Assembly (NCBI GenBank): GCA_963824835.1
Contig: CAWGRA010000007.1
Span: 70,464-134,463, forward strand
DNA from: Terriglobia bacterium
GTDB lineage: Bacteria; Acidobacteriota; Terriglobia; Terriglobales; Acidobacteriaceae
Reading direction: 5' to 3'
DNA length: 64,000 nucleotides
Shown: in pieces, positions 59,408-64,000 of the stretch
Layout: each line of letters opens with the position of its first letter
Position numbering within the stretch: position 1 is the stretch's first letter
Translations under genes and position numbers: made by a program
The notes under the pieces: model-generated
Database searches by the model: none
Told to the model about the DNA's origin: nothing
Seen by the model: the letters and a program-made list of their open reading frames with translations, nothing else

Positions 59408-60085
59408 GTGCCCCGGCAACGCGGAAAATTTATCACGTTTGAAGGTCTGGATGGGGTTGGCAAGTCAACCCAACTGGAGAATCTGGCGGTTGGCTGCGTG
59501 AACGCGGCCTGGAGGTAATCACCACGCGCGAGCCCGGCGGGACGGCCCTGGGGCAGAACCTGCGCACGGTACTTCTGAGTTCCCGGACAGCCGGACTGTC
59601 TCCGCTGGCGGAAATGGGGCTTATGTTCGCTGACCGCGCGCAGCACATTGACGAGCAAATCCTGCCGGCGCTCCAGCAGGGCCAGTGGGTCCTGTGTGAT
59701 CGTTTTACGGATTCCAGTGAGGCCTATCAGGGCTGCGGCCGCCAGTTGGGCACAGACTCTGTACTGCAACTGCACAAGATACTTGTGCCATGACCTGAAG
59801 CCGGACCTGACCATCCTGATGGTGTCTGACCTTGACCACAGCATCAAGCGCGCGCGCAAGCGAAACCGTGAGCAATCCAGGCTTTCCGCGGACGATGAAA
59901 ATCGTTTTGAGCAGGAAAGCCGTGCCTTCCATCAACGCGTGCTGGATGGCTTCCTGAATATTGCACGCCGCGAACCCGATCGCGTGGCGCAAATTGACGC
60001 TCGTGATCCTATAGCCCAGGTAAAGCAGAAGATCCTTAAGCTGGTGGAAGAGCGCTTTTTCGCCACCGCCAAAGCAAAGAACTGA
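59408..60085 (+). CDS. tmk: Thymidylate kinase (two compensating frame corrections near 59495 and 59785; GTG start inferred)
   Basis: RGKFITFEGLDGVGKSTQ, TREPGGT, DRFTDSSEAYQG, PDLTILM. Confidence 0.85.
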
Positions 60086-60196
60086 AGGCGCATCTACGGA
60101 GATCCAAACCTCACTCAGCATTTTGGACGGAAAAGATTTTTGTTCCCAATTCGTAAATCGGAGCGCGATGCGGCGCAAAATCCAGGCGGACTTAGC

Positions 60197-61135
60197 TCAA
60201 GAGGCCCCCGGTTGCGAGCGGTGAACGGCGAACCAGCCCAGCACACGTAGCTCAAATTCCTGATGATCTGCCGCCCACGCCATGGTATGGCCGGCATTCG
60301 GGACGACCCATAACTGCACTCGATCGGGCGCTGCTTTGGCGAGTATCAGTCCGTGCCGCGGGCTGATGCTTCGGTCATTTTCTCCATGAATCAGCAGTAC
60401 CGGCACCCTAGATTGCTGTACCGCTGCCAGCGGGCTCGGTTGCAGCAGATCAACGTGGTAGCGAAATTTTGCGTAGATCAGAGCCGACTCAATCACAGGC
60501 CAGCCAACACTATGACCAAACCATGGACCTACATGCAGCGGACCGGAAACGCGTTCATAGCTCATTTCACGGGCAGTGGAAAACGAACTCTCCACCACCA
60601 CCGCACAGTACCGCGGTTCCCTGGCTAGTGACTGCAGCATCAAGGCTGCGCCGTAAGACTCACCAAAGCCATAAACGCACGCGGGCGGATCATGGGCATA
60701 CATCCATGAAACCCATTCATGGACATCGCCGGCTTCCTTGATTCCGTAGGTTGCCATATCTCCGCCGCTTTCGCCGTGGTCGCGTGCGTCAGGCAGCAGG
60801 ACCGCATATCCGTGATCCAGGAAAAGTTTTCCATAGCCGGCCACGCCTTCGCGATTGTCAGTGATCCCGTGGAGCAGGATAACGGAATTCCCGTTAAAGT
60901 TTTTGGGATGGACGTACCAGGCTTTCAGCATTGTTGAATCCGCTGTGGTAATGCTCACGTCCTGCAACTCAGCCTGATATTTTTCATGAACGATTGCGGC
61001 AAACTGCTGCCGGTGGCGCAAAGGCAATCGGCGCAGATGCAGGCTGCCCTCAGCAACGAAGATGCCGCCCAGGGCGGCCAAAACCATGTAGATCAAAATC
61101 GCGATGAGAGCCAGTTTGTGCGCACCTTTTACCAT
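60197..61135 (-). CDS. Alpha/beta hydrolase with an N-terminal membrane anchor
   Basis: Intact, 312 aa. LALIAILIYMVLAALGGIFV, ILLHGITDN, GFGESYGA (GxSxG-like nucleophile elbow), LIHGENDRS. Confidence 0.75.
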   Translation of the reverse strand: MVKGAHKLALIAILIYMVLAALGGIFVAEGSLHLRRLPLRHRQQFAAIVHEKYQAELQDVSITTADSTMLKAWYVHPKNFNGNSVILLHGITDNREGVAGYGKLFLDHGYAVLLPDARDHGESGGDMATYGIKEAGDVHEWVSWMYAHDPPACVYGFGESYGAALMLQSLAREPRYCAVVVESSFSTAREMSYERVSGPLHVGPWFGHSVGWPVIESALIYAKFRYHVDLLQPSPLAAVQQSRVPVLLIHGENDRSISPRHGLILAKAAPDRVQLWVVPNAGHTMAWAADHQEFELRVLGWFAVHRSQPGAS

Positions 61136-61710
61136 TTGTTATCGGCAGTCCGGAGTTGCTCTTTCTTGCAGATAAAGACGTTCCTGCTGAGTCATTATTA
61201 CGAGCAGCCTGGCTTTTTTGTTCCCGGAAATGAGGGTGTAAGGGTTGGAATTAAGCACGAACTAAGAAGGTAGCAACCGTCCCGAGTTCTTCCGCAACTA
61301 AATTAATAATGACCTTTTTGGCAGCGCGGTGCACGGGATTCGCGGGCATATAAGAGGTCACGTAGAGGCTGGTCATTATGATTGTTCTTGCCGGCAGGGT
61401 TTATTTTTTCGCACTCGCGGTGTTTTGCGGAATTGTTAAGCTGTTTGATTCGGAACGTCTTCACAGTTACAAAGCTTCCTGACTCCGCGAGTTAGAGACG
61501 ACTGCGAATGCAGGTTTTTTCTGGCCACTGCACAGGTATGGTTGCCGGCAAGCAAACTACTACATCAACACAGGCGGAAGCTGAAAATAAGGCCGGTGGC
61601 CATGGCGCTGATTAGCGCTTCTCTCAATGCATCCTTTCTCCGCCCTTTGCGTCTAACCACACAGCAACAATATCCTGTTCCATATTCGTGCTTTGCGAAG
61701 GGTAGTAAAG

Positions 61711-61908
61711 ATGAAAGTGACGCGTGATCAGATCAAGGCCCGTGCCCAGGAACTTCGCAATCAGAAGTTCACAATTCGTGCGACGCTGGAAATGAATGCC
61801 GGCGCCCGGCCAATCAATTCTCCCAGGAATATTCGCGCCGGCGCGGCAGAGAATGCGAACGAGTCGAAGCCGGACAAAAATGCCCCTGATCTTGGCAACG
61901 TTGCCTGA
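61711..61908 (+). CDS. Small hydrophilic ORF (65 aa), speculative
   Basis: MKVTRDQIKARAQELRNQKF... Weak RBS; AT-richer surroundings. Confidence 0.25.
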   Translation: MKVTRDQIKARAQELRNQKFTIRATLEMNAGARPINSPRNIRAGAAENANESKPDKNAPDLGNVA

Positions 61909-61972
61909 ACGTACGTACTGACATCCCTCCACTTTACTGATCGGAAGCACGACAATTCTTTCGAGGAAAACC

Positions 61973-62155
61973 ATGGCGAAACAGCCCAGACGTGAGAATC
62001 GGACCCAATCCGTGAGAGTTCTTCATTTCCCTGATGCCAAACCGGAATTGCCTCCCAGCAATCCACCCAAGGAAAGCGACGCGCTTGCTGACGCAATCCG
62101 CCGGGCGTGGACGCAGAAACCTGCAACGCCAATCAAACAACGCGCAAGCGGATAG
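61973..62155 (+). CDS. Small hydrophilic ORF (60 aa), speculative
   Basis: GAGGA RBS 7 nt upstream of the ATG. MAKQPRRENRTQSVRVLHFPDAKPELPP... Confidence 0.3.
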   Translation: MAKQPRRENRTQSVRVLHFPDAKPELPPSNPPKESDALADAIRRAWTQKPATPIKQRASG

Positions 62156-62179
62156 ATCTCAGCAGCGGAACCAACCCTT

Positions 62180-62246
62180 TTGTGGAAGCAACCGCCTGTG
62201 GAAGCAACGATCTGTGGAACGCAACTCATTTGTCGAAGCAATGATG
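62180..62246. repeat. ~16-nt direct repeat x 4 (YTGTGGAAGCAAC-NNN)
   Basis: ttgtggaagcaaccgc ctgtggaagcaacgat ctgtggaacgcaactcat ttgtcgaagcaatgatg, immediately 3' of the inferred DoxX stop. Confidence 0.8.
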
Positions 62247-62248
62247 TG

Positions 62249-62606
62249 TCAATCGCCAGTGTAACGCCACGCCCAGTAGATGAGCGGAATCTGCAGCGGC
62301 AACGCGCAGCCATTGTGCCCAGCTCTGGCCCAGCAATCCGGCAAATTGCACGTGGGCAACCGCCATATAGAGATTGGCGGGAAACACGGCAATCAACAAC
62401 AGCACTAATCCCCACGCGGCAGGGCGACGCCATGGCGGCAGGAGCAGCCCAGTCCCACCGATGATTTCCGCAGCACCGCTGAACCAGACAAGCGTGCCGG
62501 GCCAGGGCAAAAATGGCGGCACCATTCGAACGTAAGTTTGCGGAAAAATGAAATGCAGCAATCCGGCAACAATGAAAAACACAGCCAGTAAGAATCTTCC
62601 TGTCAT
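62249..62606 (-). CDS. DoxX-like membrane protein (one frame correction near 62300)
   Basis: FLLAVFFIVAGLLHF, WFSGAAEIIGGTGLLLP, GLVLLLIAVFPANLY. Shifted tail PLQIPLIYWAWRYTGD. Confidence 0.65.
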
Positions 62607-62647
62607 GCTGCTGATTCTAGACGAGTGGTTTCGCGGTTGAGCGTTGG

Positions 62648-62882
62648 CTAGGATTCCGCCACGCTGGAAGCGAATACTGCCATGGCTTCATAGTTCGGGA
62701 CTTCAAGGCTGATGATCTCAATCTCATTCCAGCCGAATGGCAGTTCCTTGCCGCAATCGAGACAGATGATTTTGTGCGCCGTATAAAAAGCAGCCGGCGG
62801 ACGCTGGCCGTTACCGCAGGTCATAGCAGTGGCGCCCAAGGTCATGCCGGCAGCGGAACACTTTCTTGATCAGAGTGGCCAT
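62648..62882 (-). CDS. Small CxH...CxxC protein, paralog A (one frame correction near 62845)
   Basis: MATLIKKVFRCRH..GATAMTCGNGQRPPAAFYTAHKIICLDCGKELPFGW. Confidence 0.4.
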
Positions 62883-62912
62883 TTCATGTTCCTCCCTTAC
62901 ATCTGGTCTTTA

Positions 62913-63164
62913 CTACTTACCGGCGTATAACTGAGTGGCTTTACTTAACAGCAACTTGATCTGGCTGGGCGCAGGATCAATCACGCGTCCCTGTTCCAGG
63001 TCATAAGCCCACTCTTTGCCACAGGTAAGACATACGAAGTACGTTCCGGTGATTCCCGGAACACCTTTACGCGGCTGGTTGGGTCGCAAGGTGATGAGCG
63101 GACCCTTCTTCCAGTGCCAGCAACGCACGAACATGAAAACTGTCATCTTGAGTAGATCGAGCAC
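62913..63164 (-). CDS. Small CxH...CxxC protein, paralog B
   Basis: MTVFMFVRCWHWKKGPLITLRPNQPRKGVPGITGTYFVCLTCGKEWAYDL. Colinear with paralog A. Confidence 0.45.
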   Translation of the reverse strand: MLDLLKMTVFMFVRCWHWKKGPLITLRPNQPRKGVPGITGTYFVCLTCGKEWAYDLEQGRVIDPAPSQIKLLLSKATQLYAGK

Positions 63165-63377
63165 GGTGGTGAGGCTCCGTTAAGGCCCTGGGGGACCGGA
63201 TTGGACTTATCTTCGTCTTGTTTTCTTGTCCATTCCTTAAGAACTCAGTTAAAAACACTAATATTGGCTGCGATTCACCGAAATACTGGCTCGCCGAACA
63301 CTGCACGCGGCTGAACATTCCACTGGCCTGAATCCGCAACATCCCAAGGACTGCTTCCAGCCGATACAATCGAAGCG

Positions 63378-64000
63378 ATGGGTTTTTCTGAATTTCATGG
63401 CAATCCGGAAGTGGTCCGCCAGTTACGTGAAATGCTGGCCCGTGACCGGTTTCCCCATGCCGTGATCCTGGCCGGGCCTCAAGGCTCCGGCAAATACACG
63501 CTGGCGTTGATGGTGGCGCGCGCCATGACCTGCCTTAACCCGAGAGAAACAGACGGGTTACCCGATTTTTGCGGAGTCTGCGAGAATTGCCGGCGGGATC
63601 GGCGAAGCCCTTGATCTGGATGCCCGCTTTGCTGAGGCCGTGGAGGCGCGGGAAGGACTGCGCGAGACCGACAAGCGCGAAACCCGCATTCTTGTCCAGC
63701 CCCATCCTGACGTGCTGGTCATCCCGCCGGATCCTCCGCAGATGATGGTGAAGATCGACCAGGTCCGGCATGTGAATCGAGACCATTCGTTATCGTCCGG
63801 CGGAGGCCAAGCGGCGCGTTTTATTTTCACTGACGCGGCGTTTATGAAAGAAGCGGCCAATGCCCTGCTGAAAGTACTGGAAGAGCCGCCGGATTTCGCC
63901 ACCATCATTCTTCTGGCGCGCAATGCCGGCGAACTCCTGCCCACCATCCGCTCGCGTTGCGTAAGCTTCACCCTGAGTCGCCTTGCCGCTTCGGGAAGTG
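63378..64000 (+). CDS. holB: DNA polymerase III delta' subunit, 3'-partial at the window end (about 3 frame corrections)
   Basis: FPHAVILAGPQGSGKYTLA, CGVCENC, AANALLKVLEEPP, LPTIRSRC. Confidence 0.85.

Noticed and set aside
112-62246. Possibility that the tandem arrays are CRISPR arrays
   Set aside because: Units are 7-16 nt and directly abutting, with no unique spacers. No cas genes are in the window. The architecture is incompatible with CRISPR.

Overview
This 64-kb chromosomal segment looks like Acidobacteriota (Terriglobia-type) DNA. That assignment is an inference from the gene families and repeat style, not a database result. Housekeeping genes (pheS-pheT, zapB-like/ybjQ/zapA, rluD, ilvE, ldh-like, ndh, pilT, recX, tmk, holB) are interleaved with four accessory modules. 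(i) 10.6-18.6 kb: five paralogous secreted VWA/MIDAS proteins of the acidobacterial VWFA-related type, with an orphan MglA-type Ras-like GTPase between two of them and a convergent stand-alone ClpB-NBD2-like AAA+ ATPase. This is my best candidate for an undescribed system. (ii) 28.9-32.8 kb: an operon of XRE, NfeD, flotillin, two small membrane proteins and PspA. (iii) 35.7-40.2 kb: a TolC/EmrA/EmrB-type efflux operon. (iv) 44.4-53.4 kb: a beta-oxidation operon (FadN-like, thiolase, acyl-CoA dehydrogenase) interrupted by an IS481-family element, an IS1182-family element, an orphan hicB and a GxxExxY gene cassette. A second, 3'-truncated IS481 copy lies inverted at 144-913. The intergenic DNA is unusually structured. 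It contains heptamer, 14-mer and 16-mer tandem arrays hugging stop codons, REP-like hairpin elements that are the IS481 insertion target, and an ~83-nt tandem/dispersed repeat. Many genes, including essential ones, need frame corrections (roughly 50-70 by manual reconstruction). Indel errors in the assembly explain this most simply, so merged CDS coordinates are approximate and I do not call those genes pseudogenes. I recognised no rRNA, tRNA or CRISPR array.
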